A stretch of 64,000 bases of DNA from Eledone cirrhosa (GCA_964016885.1 OZ024755.1:18042001-18106000), one strand, 5' to 3'. Positions 39,984 to 54,163 are shown, numbered from the stretch's first letter. Notes: a model not told the origin generated them from the letters alone. Numbers and translations are program-made.

Positions 39984-41604
39984 AATGAGGTCAAAGTTAA
40001 AGTAAGTTGATTTATCTGAAAACTTGGATATGCTATTGTTACAAAGCAAACTAACAATTTTTTTATTTGTAGTTGCAGTCTGACTGGACTGGAAACCATC
40101 TACTACAATTCACTTACTCATTTGTTGTATATATTTTACCATTTACTAATGAATATACCCTCTTACGTGGTCATGAAAACCCTCTTCCGTGGTCTCTAAG
40201 CTCACAAAGCAGAGCGGACATCAACATTTATTCTGTCCGTTTCATTAAAGGGAAAACTGGAAAGCTTTGAAATTATATAATTGCCACTTTCTTCCAGATA
40301 AGAGCACTCTTTGGATAGACAAAGTTGCTCTTGTATAAATGTTCAAAATAGTTGGTATCGCCTGGTGGGAATATAACAAATTCAACTGGTCCTTATTCAT
40401 AAAAAAGAACATTTATGTTCCTTTTTTTGAAATTTATATATTTCCTTTCAAGGAATGTATTTATACTCTCAGCTGCCTGCAATGGTATCTTTGGAATATT
40501 GTTAATCAATTTTTTAGTAATCTACAAATATCAACAAATCAGTAGTCTATTGAAAAATGGAAAAATAGGGGGGGGGGCGCGTTTCGTAATTTCGAGGGAC
40601 AAAAGGGGGCGTTTGGCCTAAATGGGTTGAGAACCTGTGATCTAGTTGATGTAGTCTATATTCAAATGAAAGAGACCTGTTTCTATGTTAAAAATTGATT
40701 TTCTCTCTATTGATGAAAACTTATAAGATAGTAAAACCAGAAGAACATACGTACATACATATTTACTCTTTTACCTGTTCCAGCCATCCGGCTGAGGTCA
40801 TGCTGGGGCCCCGATATCTCCGGGTGTATTTGTCACTTAAATCATAAAAAAGAGGGGGAAACATTTATGAATAATAAATAATGTGTGTGACTCATCAGAC
40901 AAGTGGGTAGCCTATTAAAAGCACTGAAGTATGACACCTTCACACCTCAGTGGTTTCATTGACGTTGAACAAAGTTTTGGCGCAAAACGAACCTTGTTAT
41001 GCAGGTCTCCAGTCCATGATAAAGTCGCTGTTGTGGCCGCTTGCAGGGCAGACGCTACCATTAACCCTGTAGCATTTAAACCGGCCGTTTTACTGAGGTC
41101 AGAGCATGAAGTGTATTTGGGAGAATGGGGCGTATAATTGGGAGAAAGGGCGCACATTGTAAAGCTAGCCCGGGACGCGAAATACTCAGGTGCTGACCCT
41201 GAATACCGCGATAAATATAGGAGTCCCTTATACTTTACACCTGCCATTGAATATAAATTGACCCTAGTATTTATCTATAGAACAGTTAACATAAACAAAA
41301 CAATCGTGCGATCTATATCAGGGGGTCTCCTGCCAGTTGGTTTTGTTCGTAAAATCTGACCAACGATTCTTTCCTGAAACATTCTGACCAACGATTCTTT
41401 CCTGAAACATTCTGACCACATGTCTGTAATATCAGAGCTGTGATCTCTCAATTCGGAATATATCGATTTCCTACTTTCCCTGTCACCTTCTCTGCATGAA
41501 ATCGGCAAAGTGTTCAGACCTGGAGAAGGATGGGTTTAAATGCCAGAGACACGACGTGTGCCAAAACGGCACAATACGCCTCTATAAGGAGCTTATTTTA
41601 TATA

Positions 41605-41667
<63 letters not shown>

Positions 41668-43029
41668 GAAAAGTATAGAAATTATTGTGAACAAGAAGCC
41701 AACAGTATTCCATAATATATAAGTGACTATAGCGTCAAAACGGAAAAATAGTTAACGTAAGATGGGAAAATAATTCAAACTCAATATATATATAAAAAAA
41801 AAAATTAATAATAATAAAATAATTGTTTCTATTTTTGGCACAAGGCGATTTTACATAACTGATCAGATCGCCTGCGGTACTCACGCAAGGGCTATGGCCC
41901 TAAACGTAAGGAATCGATATAACTAATCAGATCACCCTCTGTACTAAACTGGAACTATTTTATCGGTTGCGGAAGGATGAAATCCTCAGCGTGATTTGAA
42001 CTCATAGCGCAAAAAGTGCGCAATTAAATACCGCAAAAGTATTTTGTTCGCCTGAAACAAATAAATACCAAATTTTTCTACAGATATTATTAGAGTATGA
42101 TAAATGTGATGGAAAAAGAAAAAAAAAAACGTTCATGCATTTTCTATCGAGATGAGAAAGAACTAAATGATAGATTTCTGGCCGGGAAATGAAACCAGAA
42201 TCTCCGAGTTCACTTGTTGCACTTCGGCACGACTAATGACATACTAATTTCTTAAACAACCTCATTGTTATTATGTTTAAATTAATGAGATTTCGTGAGC
42301 ATATTCAAAAGGTGAAGCTTAATGTGCCCGTCATTTTACCATTAAAAAATAAAAAAGATGGTAGTGTAATTTAACTGCTATTTCTAGCAGATCGAAGTAA
42401 TGTCGCTGAAGCTCAAATCTTTAGTCACGACATACTCTCAGATTTGAACGAATTTTATTCCTATCCCCTTCATCGTATTGAGTACTTTCACAATTAACTG
42501 TACATATCCGAGTGTATACAATTCTTTATGTATGTATGTATGTATGTATGTATGTATGTATGTATGTATGTATGTATGTATGTATGTATGTGTGTATGTA
42601 TATATATACATTATATATATATATATATATACACACACACAAACGTACATACACACATTGATATATCTAAACGATTATATGGAAAAAAAGAACCGTTCAT
42701 GTGGAAATGTGTATGTTCCGCGCAATTCACCGAAGAACGTACGAAACTATTATCAATCGCTGAATTAAATTTTATATAAATTGTAATTTTTTTTTTATTG
42801 AAAATAGTTTTATAAATCGATATACTCTGTCCACATTGATATAAACCATTGTTTGTTACTGTTTTTTTTAAATTAATAAATAACTGAAAGCAGATGAAAA
42901 GGGTGGAGTTATATTAAAACGGAGGGAAAAAAAAGTAAACAGTATCCAATATGCAGCGTATGAATACATATGAAGCATTTGAAACTAGCTTAATCAATGT
43001 AGTATTCTTCTATCAGCCGTCGTGTTAAC

Positions 43030-43233
43030 ATGGGTTCTTTCTTACTGTCGCCAAGTTCTGCGAGCCCTGGTGCTCGTAGACTTGAAATTGACAGGAACCA
43101 TTTATCTCCTAATTCCACACCACATACGTTGGCAACTACCGACAGTAATTGGCATATATTTCCTCAACAAAGTGAAAGTAACGATAAACGACTTAAAGAC
43201 ATTCCACCTCAATATGATGATGTTGTGACCGAG
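43030..43233 (+). CDS. SLC34A: Putative first coding exon of SLC34 sodium-phosphate cotransporter (MGSFLLSP...DIPPQYDDVVTE)
   Basis: ATG at 43030, 68 open codons and a perfect GAG|gtaagt donor. Phase 0 matches the exon at 44295. An upstream ttcttctatcag acceptor (43016) suggests a further 5' UTR exon. Assigned by phase and position, not by homology. Confidence 0.6.
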
Positions 43234-43359
43234 GTAAGTATAAAACTGATTCATTATTCATATATATATTTTTTTTATCACATTTGAGCTAGATTTTTTA
43301 GATATATAATATAATTTATAGATAAAAACAAAAAAGAGAAGACAAAACAAAGATACCTA

Positions 43360-43372
43360 TATATATATAATT

Positions 43373-43415
<43 letters not shown>

Positions 43416-43566
43416 ATTATATAATTATATATATATAAATATTATATAATTATAGATATATAAATTATATATATATAATTATATAATATATATATATATA
43501 TAAATTATATATATATATATATATATATAATTTATATATATATATAATTTATATATATATATAATT

Positions 43567-43599
<33 letters not shown>

Positions 43600-43970
43600 T
43601 TATATATATACATATATATATAATATATATTATATATATATATAATATATATATAATATATTATATATATAATATATATATAATATATTATATATATAAT
43701 ATATATATATAATATATATAATATATATTATATATTATATATATAATATATATATATAATATATATAATATATATTATATATATATAGTATATAATATAT
43801 ATTATATATATAATATATATTATATATATAATATATATTATATATATAATATATAATATATATTATATATATAATATATATATAATATATATTATATATA
43901 TTATATATATAATATATATATAATATATATTATATACTATATATATATAATATATATAGTATATATACAT
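43360..43970. repeat. (TA)n-derived AT-only tract
   Basis: Direct inspection. Similar tracts at 9303-9710, 26465-26930 and 27095-27905. Confidence 0.95.
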
Positions 43971-44294
43971 ATTCTCTATTGTCAATATTATCTACGTATA
44001 AATATATGTTCTCTATATTATATATGTTATATATTTCGAGATTAAAAAAACGCAACATACATTTTTGTCTTGTTTAATATATTATTGCGTTTTGCCCTGT
44101 ATTTATAAAGTTTTCTGTTTTCTCTTTCATTATTTTTACAGATTAGTTTCTTTTTTTTTTTTTTAATATATATATATTTTTAAAAAAACTATTATGAAAT
44201 AAAACGTATATTATATTATATTTTATTTACATGATTTATATAATGTGTTGTGAAGTGGTGAGAAGCTGTTAATCTGTGATCATAAATGATGCAG

Positions 44295-44541
44295 GTACCG
44301 GCCAAAGTGGTTCCTGCGCCGGGTGAGGATGTAATTGAGGTTCCTGCCCTGGTCGACGAGTGCCCCCCCGAGTACAGCGTCAACGATCCCCTGAACGTGG
44401 ACAACGATGTTTTGACAAGTACACAGCCGCAGGTACTGAATCCTCGCCCATTCTTGGAAAACGGCACCGATCAAGACGACGACGACGACGCGTGGGGTAA
44501 TGCTGGGGACAACGAACCAGATGAGGGCGTAAAATATAATG
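44295..44541 (+). CDS. SLC34A: SLC34 N-terminal exon (VPAKVVPAPG...DDDDAWGNAGDNEPDEGVKYN)
   Basis: GC-rich coding island among TA repeats, with a gatgcag acceptor and G|gtgggt phase-1 donor. DDAW...GVKY resembles 'DDPW...GIKWSE' preceding TM1 of SLC34A2 (recalled). Confidence 0.7.
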
Positions 44542-44799
44542 GTGGGTAAATCAAAGAAAACCCCCAGCTCATTTGACCATATATATATATTATAGATATA
44601 TATATACGTTATCTATATAAAATAATCTACACAAAAAAAAAAAAAAAAAATCGATCTGTCTAGCACTATTTTCATTGATTTTTTTTTTTTTTTTCAATTT
44701 CATCTTTTAGCTTCTACAGATCATATAATATAATGCTAACGGCGAGCTTTCGTAACTGGTAGACAGAATGTAAACAATGAAATCGACCATATATATATA

Positions 44800-45038
44800 C
44801 ATACATTATACATACATCACATCATACAAGCATCATTTATACACAACTCTTACCATACATTTATATATACGTGGGTATATATATATATATATATATACAT
44901 CACATCATACAAGCATCATTTTATATACAACTCTTACCATACATTTATATATACGTGGGTATATATATATATATATATACATCATACATACATCACATCA
45001 TTTATACACAACTCTTACCATACATTTATATATACGTG

Positions 45039-45083
<45 letters not shown>

Positions 45084-45185
45084 CATACATCACATCATTT
45101 ATACACAACTCTTACCATACATTTATATATACGTGGGTATATATATATATATATATATACATCATACACACACATGGGTATATAC
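44800..45185. repeat. Tandem repeat of ~75-85 bp with variable (TA)n spacer, 4 copies
   Basis: Unit catcatttatacacaactcttaccatacatttatatatacgtgggta(ta)n. Confidence 0.85.
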
Positions 45186-46044
45186 ATAGAAATGTCGATT
45201 TCATTTACATATATTCCGTCAACTCTTACGAAAGATCGCTACAACTATTATTTCACGGGTAAAAGTCCCTGCTTCTAACTATTATTATTATTATTATTTT
45301 GCTTAGTTATATATATCTATATAATAATAATAATAATAATAATATAATCTCTTATTATAATACATTTAGAGGAGACATCAATGGGAAAGCGAAATTTATG
45401 ACGTAGCGTAAAGCTTTCTTAACACCATAGAAACCTATTAGTTCAAGTTTAATTGCTTTAATTACAGTAATAATAGCAATAGAACTAATAATTTCCTTAT
45501 TAGCAATAAGAGTGATTTCACATAGATTTCACTAAAACAGATCCCATAAAAGTAACTACATATGGTGCTAGGCAAAGTTATAAAAAAAACGAGGGAAGGA
45601 GAATGGACGTATACAGATAAACAAAATTTACTAAAACATGGAATAAAGTATAAAATTATTTATTATAAACACATCTATTAGCACAAAATATAATAATATA
45701 AGACATAATATATTTATTCTTCCAGTCATAATATTAATACATAAATAGCAATAGTTAAAAAAGTATATATATATATATATATCCCTATAACATCACGTGC
45801 TTGGTCTATATATAACCAATTTAGGGAACAGTGTAATGATATAGCAGAAGCCGGCAAAATGAACTAAAAGACCCCCCCCCCCCACCTTCCTCTTTACTTT
45901 TCAATGCCGTCGAATGGATTTTAGCGGCAAATGTCTTTCTCCCTCTTTTTCAATCGGCTAAATCGAAAGTGACACCAACTTACATTCCTCACGGCAACAA
46001 TCTTATCTTTCAAGTGTGTGTGTGTGTGTATATATATATATACA

Positions 46045-46097
46045 GGGATTCCTGATGATTTCTAATGGGTGAAACAGTTCTGGTCCTGTAGAATCTC
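46045..46097 (+). ncRNA. Type I hammerhead ribozyme motif (family A), sense in SLC34 intron
   Basis: GGGAUUC-CUGAUGA-UUUCUAAUGGGU-GAAA-CAG(uucugguc)CUG-UA-GAAUCUC. Confidence 0.72.
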
Positions 46098-46144
46098 ATC
46101 TATATTAAAACTATATATATACATATATATATATATATATGTAT

Positions 46145-46210
<66 letters not shown>

Positions 46211-46739
46211 TATAGAGGAACAAGTATCACCCCGACGGCAGAGTTCAAGCCGTTTCGACGGCTATTTCTGGACTGAGTCCATGAGTCCAGAAATAGCCGT
46301 CGAAACGGCTTGAGCTCTGCCGTCGGGGTCATACTTGTTCCTATTACCCACTCTACTACCCTAAATATTGAGTACTTTGGTGCGTTATGGTCCATCTGGT
46401 TCCTTACCACAATTCCTTCGTTATATATATATATATATATATATATGGGCGTTTAACGTTTCTTTCGTTTTAAGTTGCCACATGTACATAATCAGACAAC
46501 GAAATTATAAAGATATTAATGAATAGAATGAAGAAACAACGCTACCTGATTGATCTGTAAAAAAGTAAACTATGATTGATTCATTAGTAATACAAAAAGG
46601 CTTAAAATTAAATTGTTTGATGTTGATTATGGAAAATTATTGATAAAAATATGTTAAATGGAATTATCGATCGGAGAATTGTCTACATGAAACGAATGAT
46701 CGCATATATATTTATATATAATAATATTTTATATATATA

Positions 46740-46790
<51 letters not shown>

Positions 46791-47883
46791 GAATATAATG
46801 CTTTTTTATGTCTCGTGGTTCAACATGTTATTAATGCCCATATTATCATTGTACCTTATTGTATACATAAATAATACATAATGCACATGACGTTTGAGTA
46901 TTATTGTCACCGATTTCCATGCGTATATATATATATATTATATACATATATACTATACCTCTGGTAATGAGGTAATTATATTGTATTGTTTATTATACAT
47001 TAAATTTTGCTCTGGTACTTACATAGAGCACTCTTCACTCCTATGACTTTTTCAATTTTCAACGGAAACTTCAATACTTATATATACTATACTATATATA
47101 TATTATATACTATATATACAGAGAGAGAGGGATGGATGGATGGATGGAGATCTAGAAAGATATACGCGTATAATGTGTGTATGTTATATATATATGTATG
47201 TATGTTGGCAGATATATTTATATCTAAGAGAAAAAGAAAACTGCATATTTCAGCTTCATATTACAATTTCCCCTTAGATCTATCTAAATCCAGAAATGAA
47301 TTTTTTATGACGTGTAATAATTGAAACTGGAAAAGTAAAGGAAACGTCTGTACAACAATAGAAAAGTGTTGTCCTTGAGTCATATATTTCAAAAATATAT
47401 TTATTCGAAACACATTCAGGAAAAGAAATAAAAAAAACAAACACTTGAAGTACATGTAACACTCGCGTGTCCTCGAGCCATATATTATTTATGCTGATAT
47501 GTAATGTACATTTATGTATCTAATATACATGCTTATATGTAATATACATGTACATATGTAATATACATGCTTATGTACTATACATGTTTATATGTAATGA
47601 ACATGTATATATGTAATGTACATACTTATATGTAATATACATCTATGCGTAATGTACATGTTTATATGCAGTAAACATGCTTATATGTAATGAACATATT
47701 CATATGTAATGAACATATTCATATGTAATCTACACCCTTACATGCGTTAAAGGATATGCATATATATATATATATACACACACTCATGCAATATATGTAT
47801 TAAAGCCGACACGAGCCCATTAGCAAATCAATATATAGATATAATAGGGGACTATTTTGAGTTTTTAACTCAATATATACTTT

Positions 47884-47966
<83 letters not shown>

Positions 47967-48274
47967 TGTGCGCGAATACATCCGCATTCTCATCCCCATG
48001 TTTAACGGGAAACGAAAATCTATGGGATGAAGCTTTCAATGACGTCAATTGTCTTAAAATTTGCTTTGCTTCACAACACCAATCTCGCCCTAAACCAGTC
48101 TTCTTTACCTAATCTCTTATTCATTCATTCTGTCTATCTCCCATCCTTTTTTTTCTTTTTCTCACATTAATAATTATTTTCTTCTAACTTTCCCTCCATT
48201 TACTACTGTATGAGACCGGTCTTCTGTTTCTAAAACACTATATGTAGATGGCATGACAAATGTGTGTGTGTGTG

Positions 48275-48321
<47 letters not shown>

Positions 48322-48521
48322 ATGTATGTGTGTGTGTATCCCGGGTTCAATCGGGGGTAACCACAGTAAGGTACTCAATACATAGAATATGTACAATATT
48401 TAATACAGAAATGGCTTCTACGGGGCTAGAACCGTTTCATTCGATATATATATAGGAACGAGTAGGACCCCGACGGCTGAGCTCAAGCCGTTTCGACGGC
48501 TAATTCTGGACTCCTATCCGC

Positions 48522-48556
<35 letters not shown>

Positions 48557-51500
48557 TGTAATAAACAATAAGCTCTGTAACCTACATAGAGCACTCTTTT
48601 TTCCTATACCTTTCCGACGGAATTACTTCATTCACACACACACATATATATATATAGGAAAATGTTTAACCCCTATTACCCACTCTACTACCCTAAGTAT
48701 TGAGTACTCTGGTGCGTTATGGTCCATCTGGTTCCTTACCACATCTTCGTTATATGTATATATATAAACAAATCAAACAGGATTTACGAAGAATGTACTT
48801 ACATTCTTTTCAAATTATCTCCTGATTTAATGTGTGATATGTTTATATATGTGTCATTCGTTTTTGAATTTATAAGATAGGAGCTCGGAATTTTTGCTTT
48901 GAGCGTCCTTTTACGCGGTATGGTGCGTGTCAGCAATTTGCGCAGACACACCATTATTTATTTTAGTAATATATAACGTAAATCTGATCTTTATTAATAT
49001 ATTTGTCACTCTTATACAGTAGTTGTAATGTTTGGTTACTTACAGAAGACTAGTCATCTTATAAAATGCTTTCTTTCTACAAATATAAATGAATGAAATC
49101 GTACTAATAATTTAATACACGCTTGTAGTATTGGTAGAGCTTTATCGAGCCATTTAACTTTTGCATAACCCCCCACATACCCAATTGTATCATTCTTATA
49201 AAACAACGTGTTTTACTAATTATATTGCAGTATTTAGTTTTGTTCCTCTGTATTCCTAATTAAAATTTCACTAATGCCGATATAAAATAAGTATTAGTAA
49301 TTAATGTTCAGAATATACCATCTACTTGGCGGAATATATCTTCCTCTCATCAAAATGGCGCAAACCGGTCTCGAATTTTCTTTTATAGACATATACACTG
49401 TTTTATCTCACGCCACTAATGTTTATTTCAGAAAGGCATTTTCTATTGCTACATTTAATTTTTCTCACTATACATTTGTGTTTAGTTGAAAGAATACTTA
49501 TATATTTTACTATTAGTTGAGAATCCCGTGGAGGGCAATTTGCGGTTTCGATCTCAATTAGATCTATACTCCTTCATAGTTAGCTAGTGCCCTTGTGAAA
49601 GTCGCCGTCTGACTTCCTCCCTATTTCTATAGCCAATCCGAGGCTTTGTGTTTAGGTGAGAAATCGATATATTCGTCTGGTGTCTGTCTTGTTGAGAAAA
49701 GTGTTTCAAGGGATCCATTGATTGAATATATATATATATACATACATAGTTTAGTATTCAACATTAAATAAAAATCAGTCGATAGTATCATTTTATTTAT
49801 TGATCCCGACTTAATACGTGGATCTTTCTTATACACTCTCCTCTGTTTACAACATTATATAAACACCCGCCTACTTCTATTTATGTTATTTTTCTAAGTA
49901 CGTCGCAAAACAAAATGTAATCGATATTTTCTATCTCAACACTAAATATACATCCTGTTCCTATGTATTTCTCGTCTTTCTGTTGCTTTATTTGTTGTTT
50001 TTATTGTTTAAAATGTCCATTCTATCAACTTAAATATGGATTTTATTATTTTCCCTCCAAACCGACCTTTTCCCTCGCATTTTCATCTGGATAAACGTAA
50101 ACTGCGTATTTCAAATGTAAGGGTAATTTAGTGGAAACAGATTTTTTTTATCACTATGTTAAATCCCTCTCAAATCAATTACTCAAATCGTGTACATATA
50201 TTTTATTTTCAAATATTAATGTTATATCTTCGCTGGCACTTAACACCTGCGTGTAGGTGGTGTACAGTATTAAGAATGGAATTTCACTTAGGTGGTTTTA
50301 TTTTATAACTAGCTTATACAAACGAAGCTAGTTAATTAGATATTTAAACTATGTAATAGTAATTTTGTAGGAGAAATCCTAAGGATATATAAATATTTCG
50401 AAGTCTGGGAATATTCTTTAAATTGCTTCTCTCCCCCATTCCCAAAATAGCCATGTTTATTAATTTCAATTCACATATCACTAAAGATGGCTATAGTGTT
50501 TTCTAGGTCTTAATGCGTAGTTTCTACATGTGTCCACTGAATTCGATAGCTAAAATATATATATTAGAAACATTACAGAGAAGATCGACGAACTAAATTA
50601 GTCAGATTCGCGCGTTTGGATCCGTCTGTGTTTACGCAATTAAAAATCATTCCACTTGTAGAATTATTCCAGACCAATATCAGGGTTCGAGATATTACGT
50701 ATTTTAAATTATTGAACATTATTTTAAGAGGAAGGAAGAAAATTATCAGTTATTTAAAAGTAGTATGTCTAAAAATCAATTTGAATGCCCAAGACAGTAG
50801 GGACTGAAAAGGGTGTGTTTCAGCTTTGATATTGAAATCTCATCGATGTCGATTTCACCTTCAGCCTTTCAAAACAAACCCTCGATCAGTGACATGACTA
50901 TCTTCCTAATTACACCATTTCCTGCTTTGAAATTAGTTGGAATTTTTTTTTATTACCGACTTTTCATTTTAATCCAATGAAAAGTCATTTTATTAGCTTC
51001 AGTTAATTATTATATAATCCTTTCTTACGTGAACCTAACATAATCTTTTGCGATTAAATTACTCCCCATCCTGTTAAATTAATAGCTTATCTATTTCAAA
51101 CCATATCCATACGCACATATAATGCATGCCTTTTAAAGGAATGGTCTCATAATACAAGCCAATCCTTTAAAACATACAGGCAAATATAAAATGTTTGTGT
51201 ATTAAATGAGGAAAGTATTTTAAACTCTTTGACTTTACTGTTGCTGTTCGAACATTCTTTTATATAATATAGATATATAAATACAAACATTTATGAAAGC
51301 CTCTTTGTTAAAAACTGAATAATTAACTTCATTTATGAATTAAAAGGTACGCGGGAATATTTAGGCGCCTATCTCCCGTCTATGCTACTTAGGCAAACGG
51401 GCTCACCCTTAATCTAGAGTCGCCACGTGTTGCTTACCCAAGCAAATAAAGTAACATTGCGCGGTCGCTCAAACCACATCCTACTGTCTTTATTTTATTT

Positions 51501-52109
51501 TGAATGGGACATTGTGCTCTTTATTAACTGATTGCTGGGCTCCTAGGTTTCCAGGGATTTCGGGAGTGGTAGGGTTCAGTCCACTAAGCCTTATATATTA
51601 ATAATTTCTATATTTGGCACAAGGCCAATCATTTTTTTTTTTTTGCGGGGGAAGGGGGGGGGGGGGTCGGTCGATCGATCATATCGACTCCTGTACTTGA
51701 CTGATACTTTATTTTATCGACCACGAAAGCATGAAGGGCAAATTTTACTCTGGCGGGATTCGAATTCAGAACGTAAAGAGCCCTAACTATAATGTCGCAA
51801 ATCATTGTCCGACGATCTAACGATTCTGCCAATCCAGCGCCTAGTAAGCCTGATAAATAATAATATGACCCTTGGATACATTGAATAATGGATCCCCAGA
51901 TAAATATTTCTGAAAACAGAACGTGGTGGTCAAGGATGGAAATGTCTACTTAATTAACAAGCTAACAAATAGTAGTTTATCGTAGCAACAACGCTCAATA
52001 TACCGGAACTACAGTTTAATATCTCCAGACACTACCTGCTAGCCTTTGTTTCCTCTATGTTTTCAATACGAGCCCCTTCGCAAGATCGGCACCTCTCCAG
52101 CCTATCTGA

Positions 52110-52200
52110 GGAAGGAGACACGCGAGGTGGGGTGGCTGTTGCAGCGGGTGTCGTTGGCCATTGTTCGCGGGAATGCTTTTGCGGTCTTGTTCGCGGGACG
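52110..52200 (+). mobile_element. CRE-like non-LTR retrotransposon C-terminal remnant
   Basis: Peptide REVGWLLQRVSLAIVRGNAFAVL matches the QR.S.AI.RGNA motif of RLE-type (CRE-like) elements. A second degraded copy lies near 53430-53485. Confidence 0.6.
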
Positions 52201-52861
52201 CAGCCACCGCACCCTAGGCCCAGAGTCCATTCATCCTCCCCCATCCCGTTTTTTTTTTCTTTCGATATTTTCCTATTTTCATCGTTACTTTGTTACTTCC
52301 ACTTGTTTTGTGGGAGTTCACTTCTAACGCTGTCTTTAATATCATTACTATCAAAATAAAACTATCATACGATCTGAGTTCAAATCCCGCCGAGGTAGAC
52401 TTTGCCTTTCATCCTTACGGGGTCGATAAAATAAAGTACCAGTTATGCACTGGGTAATTGCTGGCCTTGTGCCTAAAGTAGAAACAATTATTATTGAAAT
52501 TTTGAGATGTAGTTCCGAACGTAAAGATTACGATTATATTGATGAAATTAAAATAAATATTTATAATGAGATCTTTAATTATCTCATACAAAATAAATAT
52601 TTATAATGAGATCTTTAATTATCTCATACAAAATAATACAGCCAATTATCCACAGAATACAATATAGTTAGCACTCCAAACGTTTAATTGGGAATATACT
52701 CCGGTATTTCCTGTTTGTTGAGTGACTTGGAAATTGGTCGGAGTATCGCTAATAGCTTTCTCCGTTTCTGTTATTATGTAGGTAAACAGGAATAACAACA
52801 CAATCGGTACAGTATATGGAAGGGATATATTAGGTTAACGCTTGATATAGCAGGAAGAGGG

Positions 52862-52897
52862 TCTTAACGTTTCGGACGCTAGTCCTTCATCAGAAGA
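52862..52897 (-). ncRNA. Minimal Penelope-type hammerhead motif (family B)
   Basis: Minus strand UCUU-CUGAUGA-A-GGAC(uagc)GUCC-GAAA-CG-UU-AAGA, with palindromic AACGUU in place of stem III. Confidence 0.7.
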
Positions 52898-53826
52898 AAG
52901 AATGAGAAATAAGATAGATTGAGGAGACAGGCAGGTTGGAATTGGAAAAAATGTCTTTAGATAAAAATAATAGGTCTATTCATGTTGACATCTCTTGTAA
53001 AACTGTTGGTGCTGGTGTTTTGTGTATGATTTATTTGTTTAGAAAAGTGGATGATGGAGCGCGTATATATTTTCGCAATTCATAGTTATTGAAAATAAAC
53101 CTGTTTAAATATTATTTTTTCATTTGCCACAAGGGCCGAAATATTTATATAAAGAAACTATTAAAAGTATTACATTATTCTATTATTTTAATACGTGTTC
53201 TAGCCGACAGGCTGGGGCCATGCTGGGGCACCGCTATTAAACATATTCATAATCTAGATGAATAAAAATGTCATTAAAATGAGTTCAAATCCCGCCACGG
53301 TTAACTTTGCCTTTCATTCTTACGGCGTCGATAAAATAAAGTACCAGTAATGCACTGGGGGTAATTGCTGGCCTTGTGCCAAAAGTAGAAACATTATTAT
53401 TATTATTGATATGAGCCTGTCCTAGGAAGGAGAGTCCCCGCGAGGTGGAATGGCTGTTGCAGGTGTTTCTGGTCATTGTCTGGAAATACTTTTGGCTGAT
53501 TTTTCCTCGGGTGCAGCCAAATCCCCGCCCCGACTTAGATGTAGAGCCTGTCACTCTCTCCTTCCGTGTTCTTAAAAATCCTTGCCTTTTCTACTCATTT
53601 ATGGCATTTATAGTACTTTTCTATGCAGCCAGATCCATCCTTCTTTATCCCTTCCTCCCATTTTTTCATAAATTAATTACAGTGGTAAAAAACAAGATTA
53701 CTATTACTTTTTAAAGGATTACTATGGTTGTTCAGCAGACTAGAACCACAAACTGTGATTAGGAAAATCCCAGACGTTAAAGAGCACCATGACCCAGTTA
53801 GACATTTTGTGTGATATGATATAGAC

Positions 53827-54163
53827 CAGCAGTTGCCAACCGGTAGTCTGCAGACTTTATTTGAAATTTTTATGTTTTATTAATAATAAAACAAATAATA
53901 TTTGGTTAAAATATATTTCATAACACTCCTAAAAAAATGTTTCTCCTCAATAAAGAAATAACATCCATGAAAATATTTTACTCGTATGTATCATCTATCG
54001 ATAATATGACACACGTATACTTCAGTATTGTTTAATAAAATGGTAGTTCTATGATCATTATTTTACAAATGTATTTATCTTTAAAAAAATCATATTAGTG
54101 GTCTGCAGGATGTAAAATATTGAATTTAGTGGTCTGTGAGATTCGAAAGGTTGGCAACCGCTG
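53827..54163. mobile_element. hAT/Charlie-type MITE
   Basis: TIRs cagcagttgccaacc / ggttggcaaccgctg and 8-bp TSD atatagac on both sides. Confidence 0.88.

Larger units (their letters stand above)
37169..40639 (+). mobile_element. hAT (Charlie/Buster-type) DNA transposon, decayed, with nested LINE and minisatellite
   Basis: TIRs caaaggttctcaac / gttgagaacctgtg and 8-bp TSD atctagtt (37161-37168, 40640-40647). Transposase remnants: AMVGQHKGF, HCVIRRQHLA, EVRWLSKGK, LPFPSSYL...GDLRL.LT.I.PD. Confidence 0.92.
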
